A stretch of DNA of 64,000 bases from Candidatus Cloacimonadales bacterium (GCA_963662655.2 CAXXTU010000002.1:3552001-3616000); one strand, 5' to 3'. Counted from the stretch's first letter, positions 38,110-49,500 are shown. Notes: a model not told the origin generated them from the letters alone. Program-made: numbers and translations.

Positions 38110-40368
38110 ATGTTCCGGAAAACGATGATCGTATTTTCTATTCTGATTGTGACTGCAACGTTGTTATCACAAAGCCGTGTCGATAGCCTGAGATCGAGTA
38201 TTGCAGATTACGAGCAGCGCGGAGAGAGCGGCAGCGAATACCTTAAAACGCTCAACGACCTTGCGAAGGAACTGCTATACAGCGCGCCCGACGAGTGCAT
38301 CGAACTGGGAGAGAAAGCGTTGAAAGGCGCTCGGAACATCGGCGACCGGGAGAACGAGGGCATGGCGCTGCTCATGATCGGGAACTCAAATCTGATGATG
38401 GGTCAGTTCGAAAAAGCGCGCGACGAGTATTTCTGCAAGAGCTATAAGATCGGCAAGGATGTCGATTCGAAACTACTAATTTCGAGTTCGCTGAATTCGC
38501 TGGCATCGGTCGCAATGAGTATGGGTGATTACGATCAAGCGCTCGAGACTTTTCTGCAATCGATAGAAATCGAGAAAGAGCGAGGCGACACGATACGGGT
38601 AGCGACGATCCAGTTCAACGTCGCTGGACTCCTGATGAACCGCGGTCAGTACGAGACGGCGTTGGGGTATTTCCTCAATTCCATACGCGTGTTCGAGAAC
38701 ACGGGCCAAACGGAGCTGGTGAAGCGCGGCATGAACAATGTCGCCGTCCTCTACCACGCATGGGGAAATTGGGACAAAGCGCTGGAATACTACGAGAAAT
38801 CGGCGCAAATGTACAAGGAGACCGGCGATTCCCTCGGTATGTCCATTCCGCTCAACAATATCGGCGAGATATACAAAGACCAGGGAAAATACCAGCAGGC
38901 GATCGAGTACTACTCCGAATCGCTTCGCCTCGGTAAGGAGTCGGACAACATGCACTTCCAGGGTGTGGCCAATATCGGTCTGGGCGAAGCATACCTGCGA
39001 CTGGAGAAATTCCCACAGGCGTTGAAGCACCTCAACGATGCACTTGAGATATTCGAGCAGATATCCTTCCAGGAGGGAGAAGCACGTGTTTACAAGCACC
39101 TTGCCGAGATCGATTACCACAAGAAGAATTTCCCCCGCGCTCAGAGCTATGTGGAACGAAGCCTCAAGCTGGCCGGTGAAGCCGGGATCAAGGATCTGAT
39201 TCAGGACGATTACAAATTGCTGTCCGAAATCTATGAGGGGAAATCGGATCACCAAAACGCGCTGACCTATTTCACGAAGTACTCGGCGCTGCGCGATTCG
39301 CTGTTCAACGAAGAGAAATCGAAGAAAATTGCCGAGATGAATGTCAAATACGAGACAGAGAAGAAGGATAAGGAAAATCTCCTTCTGCGCAAGAACAACG
39401 AGATCAAGGAGCTCGAACTCAAGCGAAGGAGAACGCAGCAAACCTACGCCTACGCTCTCGCGCTTCTGATTCTGCTTCTAGCGTTTGTACTGTATCGCAG
39501 GTACAGGCAGAAGCAGAAGGTCAATCTCATGCTCCAGGAGAAGAACGAGCATATTTCGCGGCAGCGGGATCAGTTATCCGCCGCACTCAACGAATTGAAG
39601 GAGACGCAGAAGCAGCTGATCGAGTCCGAGAAGATGGCGTCGCTCGGAAGCCTTGTGACGGGAGTTGCCCACGAGATCAATACACCCGTTGGCATTGGCG
39701 TCACGGCGGCTTCAGCCCTGAAGGACAAAACGGTCAACCTGGCCAGAAACTATCAGGACAACACCATGAAACGCACGGAGCTGGAAGGTTACCTGAAGAC
39801 TGCGTACGAGAGCGCGAATCTGATACTCAAGAACCTTCAGCGCACGGGCGATCTGGTGCAGAGTTTCAAGCAGGTTTCGATCGATCAATCCACCGAGCAG
39901 ATGCGGGAGTTCGGATTGAAGGCGTACCTCGAAGACCTCCTTTTCAGCGTAGGTCCACGTATGAAAGAGAAGAATGTCCAGGTTGCGATCGATATCCCGG
40001 AAGACCTGTCGATCATAAGCTATCCCGGAGCATTCGCAAGCATTTTCACCAACCTGATGGTAAATTCGGTCATCCATGGATTCAAGGACATCGACGGTGG
40101 AAAGATCGAAATGGATGCGACGAGAGAGGACGATCACGTGTTCATCCGGTATCGTGACAATGGCAGGGGGATTCCGAAAGACATTCTGCCGAAAATCTTC
40201 GATCCTTTCTTCACGACGAACAAGCAGCTCGGAACAGGTCTGGGACTTCATATTGTATACAACCAGGTTGTGCAAAAACTGCACGGTGAAATTCTTTGTG
40301 AAAGTGAACTTGACAGCGGGGTTACCTTCATGATTAAAATTCCCGTGAAAATAGGGGAGATCGAATAA
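38110..40368 (+). CDS. Sensor histidine kinase with periplasmic TPR input domain
   Basis: GGAGG SD before ATG 38110; TPRs; TM; GVAHEINTP H-box; DNGRGI, FDPFFTT, GTGLGL. Confidence 0.92.
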   Translation: MFRKTMIVFSILIVTATLLSQSRVDSLRSSIADYEQRGESGSEYLKTLNDLAKELLYSAPDECIELGEKALKGARNIGDRENEGMALLMIGNSNLMMGQFEKARDEYFCKSYKIGKDVDSKLLISSSLNSLASVAMSMGDYDQALETFLQSIEIEKERGDTIRVATIQFNVAGLLMNRGQYETALGYFLNSIRVFENTGQTELVKRGMNNVAVLYHAWGNWDKALEYYEKSAQMYKETGDSLGMSIPLNNIGEIYKDQGKYQQAIEYYSESLRLGKESDNMHFQGVANIGLGEAYLRLEKFPQALKHLNDALEIFEQISFQEGEARVYKHLAEIDYHKKNFPRAQSYVERSLKLAGEAGIKDLIQDDYKLLSEIYEGKSDHQNALTYFTKYSALRDSLFNEEKSKKIAEMNVKYETEKKDKENLLLRKNNEIKELELKRRRTQQTYAYALALLILLLAFVLYRRYRQKQKVNLMLQEKNEHISRQRDQLSAALNELKETQKQLIESEKMASLGSLVTGVAHEINTPVGIGVTAASALKDKTVNLARNYQDNTMKRTELEGYLKTAYESANLILKNLQRTGDLVQSFKQVSIDQSTEQMREFGLKAYLEDLLFSVGPRMKEKNVQVAIDIPEDLSIISYPGAFASIFTNLMVNSVIHGFKDIDGGKIEMDATREDDHVFIRYRDNGRGIPKDILPKIFDPFFTTNKQLGTGLGLHIVYNQVVQKLHGEILCESELDSGVTFMIKIPVKIGEIE

Positions 40369-41321
40369 TGAGTTCATTTGATGATATTTCAGGAAACAGC
40401 CCGTTCGACAAAGATGAGGGCGACCTTTTCCAGTTTGATAAAAAGGAAGCGGAAGCAGGTGGCGACGCGCTGACCTTTGCAGCGGAAGCGCCAATTCAGG
40501 ACGACCTTTCATCGGCGTACATCGGTAAGGAGTGGAAGGTGCTGGTCGTTGACGACGAGCGAGACGTCCACACCGTTACCAAGCTCGCTCTGGACGGTTT
40601 TGAGCTCCAGCAGCGCAACATCGAGTTTCTGGACGCCTTTTCCGCCGAGGAAGCGAAACAGATCATGAAGGCCCACCCGGATATCGCGATCGTTCTGTTG
40701 GACGTGGTGATGGAATCCAATCAGGCCGGGCTTGATCTGGTGCGCTACATCCGCGAGGATTTGGGCAATACGTTCACGCGCATCATCCTGCGTACCGGTC
40801 AGCCGGGAGAAGCGCCAGAGAAAGAGGTCGTGAAAACATACCAGATCAACGACTACAAGACGAAGACCGAATTGACTTCCGACAAGCTATATACTGCCGT
40901 GCTGGCAAGTCTGCGCACCTACGAGGCGATGGTTACGATCTACGCCTACCGGATGAATCTCGAGAAGAAGGTGAAGGAACGTACCCGCGATCTTGAAAAA
41001 TCCCTGAGGGAGTTGCAGGAAGCGCAGCAGGAGATCATCGACCTCGAACGAAAAAATACGGCGCTGGCAATGGCTGTCACCACAAGCCACGAGATCAATC
41101 AGCCGCTCATGGTTATCAAGGGTTCGATGGATTTGATCAATCTGTCGCCTGATCTGAAAACCTTCTCCGAGCAGCAGCGCAAACATCTGGTCAACATCGA
41201 GGATTCCGTTTCGAAGATCAGCACGATCATGAAGAAATTCCACGAGATGGACTCGATCAAATTCAGCGACTACACAGACGATACGCAGATGGTCGATTTC
41301 GAGAGCGAGGACGAACAGTAG
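40368..41321 (+). CDS. Response regulator receiver fused to a HisKA/DHp domain, no ATPase domain
   Basis: VLVVDDE, LLDVVME, LRTGQPG; then TTSHEINQPL; protein ends with no N/G1/F/G2 boxes. Confidence 0.85.
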   Translation: MSSFDDISGNSPFDKDEGDLFQFDKKEAEAGGDALTFAAEAPIQDDLSSAYIGKEWKVLVVDDERDVHTVTKLALDGFELQQRNIEFLDAFSAEEAKQIMKAHPDIAIVLLDVVMESNQAGLDLVRYIREDLGNTFTRIILRTGQPGEAPEKEVVKTYQINDYKTKTELTSDKLYTAVLASLRTYEAMVTIYAYRMNLEKKVKERTRDLEKSLRELQEAQQEIIDLERKNTALAMAVTTSHEINQPLMVIKGSMDLINLSPDLKTFSEQQRKHLVNIEDSVSKISTIMKKFHEMDSIKFSDYTDDTQMVDFESEDEQ

Positions 41322-41329
41322 AGCTCACA

Positions 41330-43102
41330 TCATCTGAGAAGCAATAATTTCTGCACGCTGGATTTCCCCCCGCAATGCATTCTGCAGAAATAGACGCCCG
41401 ACGCAACCTGCCTGTTGTGGCTATCCACGCCCATCCAGACAAGCGATATGTTCTGATCCGCCGGAACGCTGTCGTTCAGCAACGTGCGAACCTTCTGACC
41501 CTTTACATTGAAAATCTCCACTTCAACTTTCCCGGCTTCGGGGACTGATAGATTGATCGCGCCACCGATAGAATACGGATTTTGCATGGCCAGGAGCATC
41601 GTTGAGATGTTGTCGTCCACGTGATACTGTTCCTGATCCATATAATGGTATTCGTAGCATCCGATATCGATACGTCCATTCTCGATGCGCTCGTTACCGG
41701 CAAGGTCGTAAAACGTAACCGGAATATTGCTTGTGTTCGGTGTTCCTGCGTCGATGCATGCTGAGCCGTCCTGTAGTGTGTAGGGGAAGTTCTCCTCCAT
41801 CGTGAAGAGCGGATCGGCTTCGATGTTGTTGATGTATGAATAGCTCCCGGAATCCAATGCGGGTCCGCCGATACTTCCCTGCCCGTTTTCGATCAGACAA
41901 TAAAGGAATGTCGGAAATCCATACGAAGGGTGCTCCTGGTAGTATTGAAGATCGTCCTGGGAGTCGTTGCCCCATATAATGCAGTTGTAGAATCTGGAGA
42001 ACGCCTTCACGGAGTAGAAAGCGCCTGCCTGTTCGGCGTGATTTGCCGTAATGGTACAATTGTAGAAGTACGGATAGTTCAACGACAGGGCGTAGAACGC
42101 GCCTCCAAACTCGCCGGTGTTATTCTCGAACAGGGAATTGACGATATACGGGATATAGACGGTATTCCCGATATAACACGCGCCGCCGTCATCCGCGGTA
42201 TTTTCGGTGAACACGCACGATTCGATCAGGAAATCGCCACCAAAAGCGCTCAAAGCGCCGCCGGCGTCGGCGAAATTGTTCGAGAAATTGCATTCAACGA
42301 TATCCGAGTTACAATAATCGATGTGAAGCCCCCCGCCGTCCATGCCAGACTGATTGTTGTGAAAATCGCAGTTGTCAAAGCGGAGAAACGCATCGATGCC
42401 CAACATCCCGCCGCCCGAACTCGATGCGACGTTGCCGATGAAATCGCAGCGTTCGAATATCTGTGTTTCATCGCTGCGGTTGACGACGCAAGCAGCGCCG
42501 TAAATCGCCCGATTACCTGTGAAATCGGTTCGGGAGACCTCTATATAACTTCTTTCGGCGTAAAGACCGCCGCCTTCGAGGTCGCCGATATTCTCGTCGA
42601 AGAGGCAGCTCGCGAATGTCGCCTCGCTGTTCAGGACAGCCACGGCTCCACCGCAGGAAGCGAAATTGTCATAGAACCGGCACCTCTCGAATGAGAGCTG
42701 GCTTTGTTCACGGGCGTGGATCGCTCCACCGTAGTAGTCCTCATCGTGGTTGAAACCGTTTCCCTTTTCGAAGACGCAGTGACTGAAATCGCCCGTCGCC
42801 TGCCGAAACCGCAATCCGCCCCAACCGTTCGGAGCTTGCGAAGTGAAACGCACCGAGTCCTGATCGGTTCCGTAAACCATCATGTTGCCATTGACGAAGA
42901 AGGAATATGGCCCGGTGAACATGACGGTTGTTCCCGCTTCGATGGTGAGGTTGATAAACGGTTCGAGCGTGATATCTCTCGCGATATACATCGTGTCCGC
43001 TTGCCAGGTCGTATCTTTGGCAATTGTTCCGGGAGCATTGGAAACGTTTGCTCCAAGCGTCATTGCGATCGCGATTAGTATGAGTGTTGTTATCTGTTTC
43101 AT
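41330..43102 (-). CDS. Secreted parallel beta-helix repeat protein with FlgD/T9SS-type C-terminal domain
   Basis: Start MKQITT at 43102 (ATGA overlap); F-x-x-N-x-A-x-x-GGA repeats; SACIDAG, IDIGCYE; IFNVKGQKVRTL...SGVYF...KLLLLR. Confidence 0.85.
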   Translation of the reverse strand: MKQITTLILIAIAMTLGANVSNAPGTIAKDTTWQADTMYIARDITLEPFINLTIEAGTTVMFTGPYSFFVNGNMMVYGTDQDSVRFTSQAPNGWGGLRFRQATGDFSHCVFEKGNGFNHDEDYYGGAIHAREQSQLSFERCRFYDNFASCGGAVAVLNSEATFASCLFDENIGDLEGGGLYAERSYIEVSRTDFTGNRAIYGAACVVNRSDETQIFERCDFIGNVASSSGGGMLGIDAFLRFDNCDFHNNQSGMDGGGLHIDYCNSDIVECNFSNNFADAGGALSAFGGDFLIESCVFTENTADDGGACYIGNTVYIPYIVNSLFENNTGEFGGAFYALSLNYPYFYNCTITANHAEQAGAFYSVKAFSRFYNCIIWGNDSQDDLQYYQEHPSYGFPTFLYCLIENGQGSIGGPALDSGSYSYINNIEADPLFTMEENFPYTLQDGSACIDAGTPNTSNIPVTFYDLAGNERIENGRIDIGCYEYHYMDQEQYHVDDNISTMLLAMQNPYSIGGAINLSVPEAGKVEVEIFNVKGQKVRTLLNDSVPADQNISLVWMGVDSHNRQVASGVYFCRMHCGGKSSVQKLLLLR

Positions 43103-45069
43103 CGTACGTACACCGCCCTCATGATTTTCTGCTGGTTGTCGTGATCGATTGTCTTGATGAAGTAGACACCGTTTGCTTGCCTGTGCATATCGTAGTTCCA
43201 TTCCGATGTCTTGAGGTTCGAGTCCTCAACGATGCGCTGCCCCTTGATATTGTATATCCCGACAGATTTCAAGTTGCTGTCGCGCGTTTGTGACCGGACA
43301 TACAGCCGGGTGCCTTTGATGAATGTATAGATGTGCTTCGTCGGGCTTGTCTCGGGTGTGAAACTGCCGGTGTTGTGTTCAAATTCAAGGGTGACGCTTG
43401 TTCCGGGATAGAAACGGTTCACGGTCTCGTATTCGTTCTTGAATTGAACCTCGAAGTCTTTGATCACAGTCGAGCTCCCATTATAGTAGGTGTAGTGCAA
43501 CGTGTAATCCGTCTGCTGGATGTTCGTCACATACACCGAATCGACAGCCCGAAGCCGGTCGAACAGGACTTCCGTCGGCGTGATCCAGAGTCCCTCGTTC
43601 TGCTGGAAATCGTTCAGCATTCTGAGGCAGTATTCCGCTTCGTCGCGGATAACATAGCGATCGTTCGCCGCATCTCTTCTCAGGAATCCGTATCGAAGGG
43701 AGTTGTCCTGGATATAGAAGTGGGTGTATGGCTGAATGAAGCCGTTGTTCTTCAGGATTTCGGTGATATTCGCATAGGAAACGTTGTGGAAGAAATCGTA
43801 TTCGGGCCAGACGCTGTAGAGCCAGAATTCGCAACGTAAACGCTCGTAATACCAGATTGGTCTCGCTGTCGGCAGCGCGTAGATTCGATGCGGCAACTGA
43901 CGCGGATCGTCGAAGCTGTTGTAGTGGTACTCGAGATCAGTAAAGCCAATCCAGGCGTAATCGAAGCCGGCTTCGCTGAGGATATCCATAATGTAGTGCT
44001 CCGACTCGGGGTTGTATCCCTCGCGGCAGATATCTTCCGGATTGAGCATGCTGCTGTGGTCGATCCACATGCGTATGTTGTATTGTGTGAGGTTGTTCAG
44101 GAGCGCGTCTTCGAGCAGGTCCATGTCATCTTCAAGCGGATCGTATGTGTGAAATCCAATCGTGCTTCCGGATTCCATGATTTCTGTCCAGTAGTCGCCT
44201 ACCGATTCGTAATTGCACCCGAAAACAGTGTTGCACACCGTAATTTCGTTGGGGATCAGTCCCTTGGTGCCATAGATTTCATCGGTTGGGTCTGAAGATC
44301 CCCAATACATTGCCCGGATAAAGTCCTCGCATTCGCTGTCGGCATCGTTGGTGATGGCGAGCGCTCCCTTCTTCGTGGCGGGGTAAGGATTCACATAAGC
44401 CAGCAGTGGTTCGGACTCCGTGATTGCAAGAAGATAGTCGAACGAATCCACAGCATGAACCGGCATCCAGTTCATGTGGTGCCCGTGGTAGGTGGTCATC
44501 GGAGCCCAATGATAGTTGCAGCTGTACAGATACAGATTATCCCCTTCAACAATCTCCGCGCCGGGATTCTCGCCGAGATTCGATGCGATAATGCCGAGAA
44601 CTTGATCGTCGTAGTTGTACTGAACGCTTCTCTGTATGAATGGATAGAGATTTCGGTTCTGCTGGCGATTGCCGTTGAAAATCGCCTTGGGTCCCTGGAG
44701 GCAGTTGAATCCCGGTTGGAGGTTCATTTTCAGAACGATGTTCCGGATGTTCATTTCCTCCAGATAGGTGATGTTTATACTGGCATCATGCCATGTTGGT
44801 TGTAAAAACGCGTGCAGGTTCACGTCCACGGTAATCTCGATACGATCGGAAGCGTAGTCGAGAACAACGCGGTTGTCCTCGACATCCCAATCCCGGAGCT
44901 CGATGGGTTCTGCCTCGAATTGCGTTTGCGAGGAGTAAACCTCGATGTAAGGTTTCAGGTCGAATGAAATCAGATTCGATTGGAATCTCAAGGTTGCTGC
45001 ATTGAACGATAGCGATATAAGCGGAGTTATAGCGCTAATAATAAGAATAAAGATAATAATTGCCCTCAT
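43099..45069 (-). CDS. Secreted protein with polysaccharide-deacetylase-like domain and T9SS-type C-terminal domain
   Basis: Start MRAIII at 45069; LAITNDAD and IGFHTY resemble NodB/CE4 metal motifs; IYNIKGQ...NGVYFIK tail. Confidence 0.6.
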   Translation of the reverse strand: MRAIIIFILIISAITPLISLSFNAATLRFQSNLISFDLKPYIEVYSSQTQFEAEPIELRDWDVEDNRVVLDYASDRIEITVDVNLHAFLQPTWHDASINITYLEEMNIRNIVLKMNLQPGFNCLQGPKAIFNGNRQQNRNLYPFIQRSVQYNYDDQVLGIIASNLGENPGAEIVEGDNLYLYSCNYHWAPMTTYHGHHMNWMPVHAVDSFDYLLAITESEPLLAYVNPYPATKKGALAITNDADSECEDFIRAMYWGSSDPTDEIYGTKGLIPNEITVCNTVFGCNYESVGDYWTEIMESGSTIGFHTYDPLEDDMDLLEDALLNNLTQYNIRMWIDHSSMLNPEDICREGYNPESEHYIMDILSEAGFDYAWIGFTDLEYHYNSFDDPRQLPHRIYALPTARPIWYYERLRCEFWLYSVWPEYDFFHNVSYANITEILKNNGFIQPYTHFYIQDNSLRYGFLRRDAANDRYVIRDEAEYCLRMLNDFQQNEGLWITPTEVLFDRLRAVDSVYVTNIQQTDYTLHYTYYNGSSTVIKDFEVQFKNEYETVNRFYPGTSVTLEFEHNTGSFTPETSPTKHIYTFIKGTRLYVRSQTRDSNLKSVGIYNIKGQRIVEDSNLKTSEWNYDMHRQANGVYFIKTIDHDNQQKIMRAVYVR

Positions 45070-45346
45070 AATACCCTCTCTACATAACAATGAAATATTA
45101 ATCTCTCAAAATGCAGTGTCAAGCAAAATCTTGAAGACATCATCAGAAAAGCGCTGATTTCACATGCAAAGAGACACTGAAAATGTCAAATGGGGTCACG
45201 GATATAACTAATTGGATCACCGGAAATTTCAAACGATTAGCTTGCCGTTGGATACAAAGCGGCGGTTCACGGACAGATGCACGTAACGTGTTCAATGCCA
45301 ATGCGATGTGAGACAATGCGACGGACAGGTTTTCGCTCTTTTTTCT

Positions 45347-45568
45347 TCAATTCCTGATTGCCACCAGCCGGTACTTGAGAGCTGTCACCGCACCCTTTGA
45401 ACTAAGTCCCACCGTTACCTTGACCACCCCATGAGCCAGCGAGACCTCGCCGATGAGGAGGCCGCTCTGCCAGGCGCTTCAGGGGCGAAGCAGGCGCAAA
45501 TCCAGTCCTGAGACTGGCAAGCGCTTTTCGCCCTCCAGTTTGTAGTAGCTCGTGCCGTATTTGTACAT
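45347..45568 (-). pseudogene. Short ORF remnant interrupted by an in-frame TGA
   Basis: Hand translation: MYKYGTSYYKLEGEKRLPVSGLDLRLLRP*SAWQSGLLIGEVSLAHGVVKVTVGLSSKGAVTALKYRLVAIRN*; AGGA upstream; stop at 45481-45479. Confidence 0.5.
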
Positions 45569-45602
45569 AATTCTATCCTGTGGTGATAATGGTGTCTTCG
45601 TC

Positions 45603-45836
45603 TCAACAGCGGGTGATCCATATCCGGTTGAAAGGCTCGGCTGCAGCTAGAGCGGATTGCAGAGATGTGTAGGCGTTTGCCCAACTGCTGCCGTTGTTAC
45701 TTCCTGTGGCCGCTATATCCACGTACAGGATGGAACGGGTATCGGTTCTATCGATGGCGGGTAAAATCGAAAATATAAATGCAAGTATGATAAGCAAGAT
45801 CGGCACTTTGCGCGAGCCATTCCGATTCTTCGTCAT
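45603..45836 (-). pseudogene. N-terminal fragment of a secreted beta-helix protein
   Basis: GAGG SD; signal peptide; then ILYVDIAATGSNNGSSWANAYTSLQSAL, a typical opening of pectin-lyase-fold proteins; stops after 77 aa. Confidence 0.7.
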
Positions 45837-45938
45837 ATAATCCTCTCTTCCTGATAATATCCAGTTCGTTAAATTCATTCAATGAGATACCTCCCTCAAG
45901 TACCCTGTTTCAGGTTCTTCAGGCAGACAAAGTCATGT

Positions 45939-46382
45939 GTCAATACGATGGAAATCCATCTTCCACCCCTTCGGGAACGTAAATCTGATATTCCTTTGCT
46001 GATCAATTATTTTACATCGAGCCTTTCCGGGGAAATGAACATCAAAGTTCCGGCTCTCAGCCAAAAAGCGCTCAACAAGTTATATAACTATGACTACCCC
46101 GGGAATATCCGGGAACTGAAGAATATCATCCAACGCCTGTTGCTTTTCTGCCAGAAGGGCACAATTGACGAAGAAGATATCCTCATTGAAGCAGACTACG
46201 GTTCGCTCAGCAACCTGGATAACCTGAATCTCGATCTTGAGGAACATGAAAAGATACTGATCCACACGGCCTTGAAACGATCGGACAATGTCATTTCAAA
46301 TGCTGCGAAATTGCTGGGGATTTCACCTTTCGCCCTTGCCAGAAGGTTGAAGAAGTACAACATGCACCCTGCGAACGAGTAA
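45939..46382 (+). pseudogene. C-terminal fragment of an NtrC/Fis-family AAA+ activator
   Basis: NTMEIHLPPLRERKSDI, YPGNIRELKN and a Fis HTH are present; REC, Walker A, GAFTGA loop and Walker B are absent. Confidence 0.8.
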
Positions 46383-46429
46383 GACCATCTGAAACGAAAA
46401 AACGGGAGTATGCGTTAGACAGAATGATA

Positions 46430-46459
46430 TTGACAAACAAGGTATATACTTTATAAAAT
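46430..46459 (+). promoter_or_regulatory. sigma70-type promoter
   Basis: TTGACA at 46430-46435 with TATAAA (16-bp spacer) or TAAAAT (18-bp spacer). Confidence 0.6.
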
Positions 46460-46506
46460 CTGATCAGATCATGTATAAACTGCGTGCGATGCAAAGGAGA
46501 AAAAAA

Positions 46507-49500
46507 ATGAAAACAGCCGTGATCATCATTTTCATTTTTCTCATGTTTTTTACTCTCAACTTGTATGGTAATAACGCATTGGATTTTAACGGGATAACCG
46601 ATTATGCCAGCATTCCCGACGATGGCCTGTTTGATGTAGCTGCCGTTACGATAGAATTGTGGTTTTATTGGGACGGTAGCGGCACCGATGTAGATTTTCT
46701 GACGGCAAAAAGTACGGAAGAATTAGAAATCCATTTAGGTGGCAGCACCTCTAATGGTATCCGCTTCATTCCCACCAGCAGCGTGTGGATCGATACTCCC
46801 GCCGAAGCCTTTACTCCCGGCGCATGGGTACATGTGGCTTGTGTATATGATCCCGGTCAATCCCTTGGCAAAATTTATGTTAACGGCAACGATATGGGGG
46901 CAGTAAATAATGGCTCAAACCCATTGACGACTGCGATCGTCCACTCTGACAGCGATTTCCGTTTAGGCTTAAGAGGTAATGGAAGTTTTCCCCATAATGG
47001 TAAAATAGATGAAGTACGCATCTGGAATTATGCCCGTTCTCAGGTGGAAATCCAATCTGCCATCTGGGATCCATTAACCGGTTCAGAGAATGGTCTGATT
47101 GGTTATTGGCGATTGGATGTCCTGGAAGATTTGGGCATTAACGGCGACGGCGCTGACGATATCCGGGATTACACCGCCAATAACCTTCATGGCGATACGG
47201 ATGGTACCGTCTTGACGGGCGGCGCACCCTTGCATCCGTTTACCGAAATTGCCGACAATTTAGTGGATGTTTCTTCGGGTAACGATGTTGTCTGGGGCGA
47301 CTACGACAACGACGGCGACCTGGATATTCTATTGACGGGAGGGAGTATTCCCGGCGGCCGACTCAGCGAAGTCTATCGCAATGACGGCGATGATACCTTT
47401 ACCGCCATTAATGCCGGATTACCCGTCTTTACTGGTAGTTCTAACGCCTGGGGTGACTATGATAACGACGGCGATCTGGATTTGCTGCTCGCAGGAGAAG
47501 AATTTCCAACGGAACTTGCTATTTCCAAAATCTGCCGCAATGACGGCAATGATACTTTTACAGACATCAATGCCGGGCTGGTTGGAGTAGAGGATAGTAA
47601 CGTCGCCTGGGGCGATTATGACAACGACGGCGACCTGGATATTCTATTAACGGGAACGAATGTTTCCTGCGACAACCTCAGCGAAATCTATCGCAATGAC
47701 GGCAATGATACTTTTACCGCCATTAATGCTGGATTGGCCGGTATTTCCGAAGGTTCTGTTGCCTGGGGTGATTATGATAATGATGGCGATCTGGATATCC
47801 TTCTTGCCGCCGGATTACCCCTCGGAGTATATATTACCAGAATCTACCGCAATGACAGCAATGATACTTTTACGGACATCGATGCCGGGCTGCAGGGTGT
47901 TGGTTTTTGCAGCGTCGCATGGGGCGATTATGACAACGACGGCGATCTGGATATTCTGTTGGCGGGAGACTACTATGATGGTTCTTGGCACACAATCAGC
48001 AAGGTCTACCGCAATGACAGCAATGATACTTTTACGGATATCAATGCCGGGCTGGTTGGAGTAAAGAATTGTAACGTCGCCTGGGGCGATTACGACAACG
48101 ATGGCGACCTGGATATTCTTCTATCGGGATATGGCTCCAGCCCCACTACCAAAATCTATAAAAACAATGGAGACGACACCTTTACAGAACAAACCGGCAT
48201 CAATTTGGCGGGTCTCGTAAATGGTTCCGTTGCCTGGGGTGATTATGATAATGATGGCGACTTGGATATTCTGTTGGCAGGGTATGATTTTACCAGTATC
48301 TATAGAAATAATGCTGCCATTGCCAATGCCGCACCAAACGCACCTGAGGGATTAGCCGCAATTGCAGATAGAAACTCCCTAACCTTCAGTTGGAATGCCG
48401 CCGCGGATGATGAAACCCCATCCTCGGGATTGACCTATAACTTACGGGTCGGTTCAACATCCGGCGGTGATGAGGTGTTCTCATCCATGGCGCAGAGCGA
48501 CGGCTGGCGGAAAGTACCCCGTTTGGGCAGTCAGAACCATAACACCGAATGGACATTTGATGTCACCTATCCGTTTCAGACATCTTCTGTGGTTTATTAT
48601 TGGAGTGTACAGGCAATAGATAATTGTTTTGCCGGTTCTCCTTTTGCCTCCGAGCAGGTATTCAATCCGGTTCTATACCCCTGTCTGATTAATGCGGATG
48701 AACAGCGACCTACCGGAACCCTGCTCTGGGAAACCAACAGCCTCGACGTGATAGACAGTTATCAAATACAGATTGATGATAACCCCGATTTCTCCAGTCC
48801 CGAAGTTGATGACAATGTTCTTCCTCCCAATTCCCGGATTACGGAACTTTACGCTGGGGTGCGATTGAATACATTGCCCGAATATGGTAATCTTGCAGAT
48901 GATACGGTTTATTACTGGCGCATGAAACCCAACTATTCGAATGGCTGGACATCGGTTTTTACCGATGGCACCGCTCATTTCTTCTTCAACAAGATCAACA
49001 CGGCTCCTGATGCGCCTATAAGCGGTTTTACACCGGCAAATGACGAGGCTGTTTCCAGCTTGACGCCGATCCTTTCCTGGGGCAATGCATCCGACCCGGA
49101 TTTAAGCGATAATTCCGATTGCTTGAAGTATTACATTGAACTGGATACGACCGACACGTTTGTCGCCCCTGTTTATTCGGTCATGACTGCATTTGGACAG
49201 CCGTATGTTCAGATTGAAAGCAACCTCCTTGCAGGATATCGATATTACTACAGGGTGAAAACGGTCGATGATGAACTCACTGAGTCCGATTGGTCTGCGA
49301 TTCAGCAGTTTATTACGTTGATGCCGCCACAGAATGTAACGATTACCCGCAATGATGCATGTGTAATGATCTCCTGGGATTCAGTACCGTATAAATACAG
49401 AGGCATCATTTATTCCGTATATAGTTCTAACGATCCTAATGCCGTATTCCCTGATGGTTGGGCAGTGGAAGCCGTGAATTTGAACACGACATCCTGGAGT

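Noticed and set aside
45479..45481. Selenocysteine recoding of the in-frame TGA
   Set aside because: No redox-motif context and no convincing SECIS; it sits among other gene fragments, so a nonsense mutation is simpler.
47290..48280. CRISPR-like periodic repeats
   Set aside because: The repeats are in-frame coding FG-GAP blades with a ~160-bp period and synonymous variation; no cas genes.
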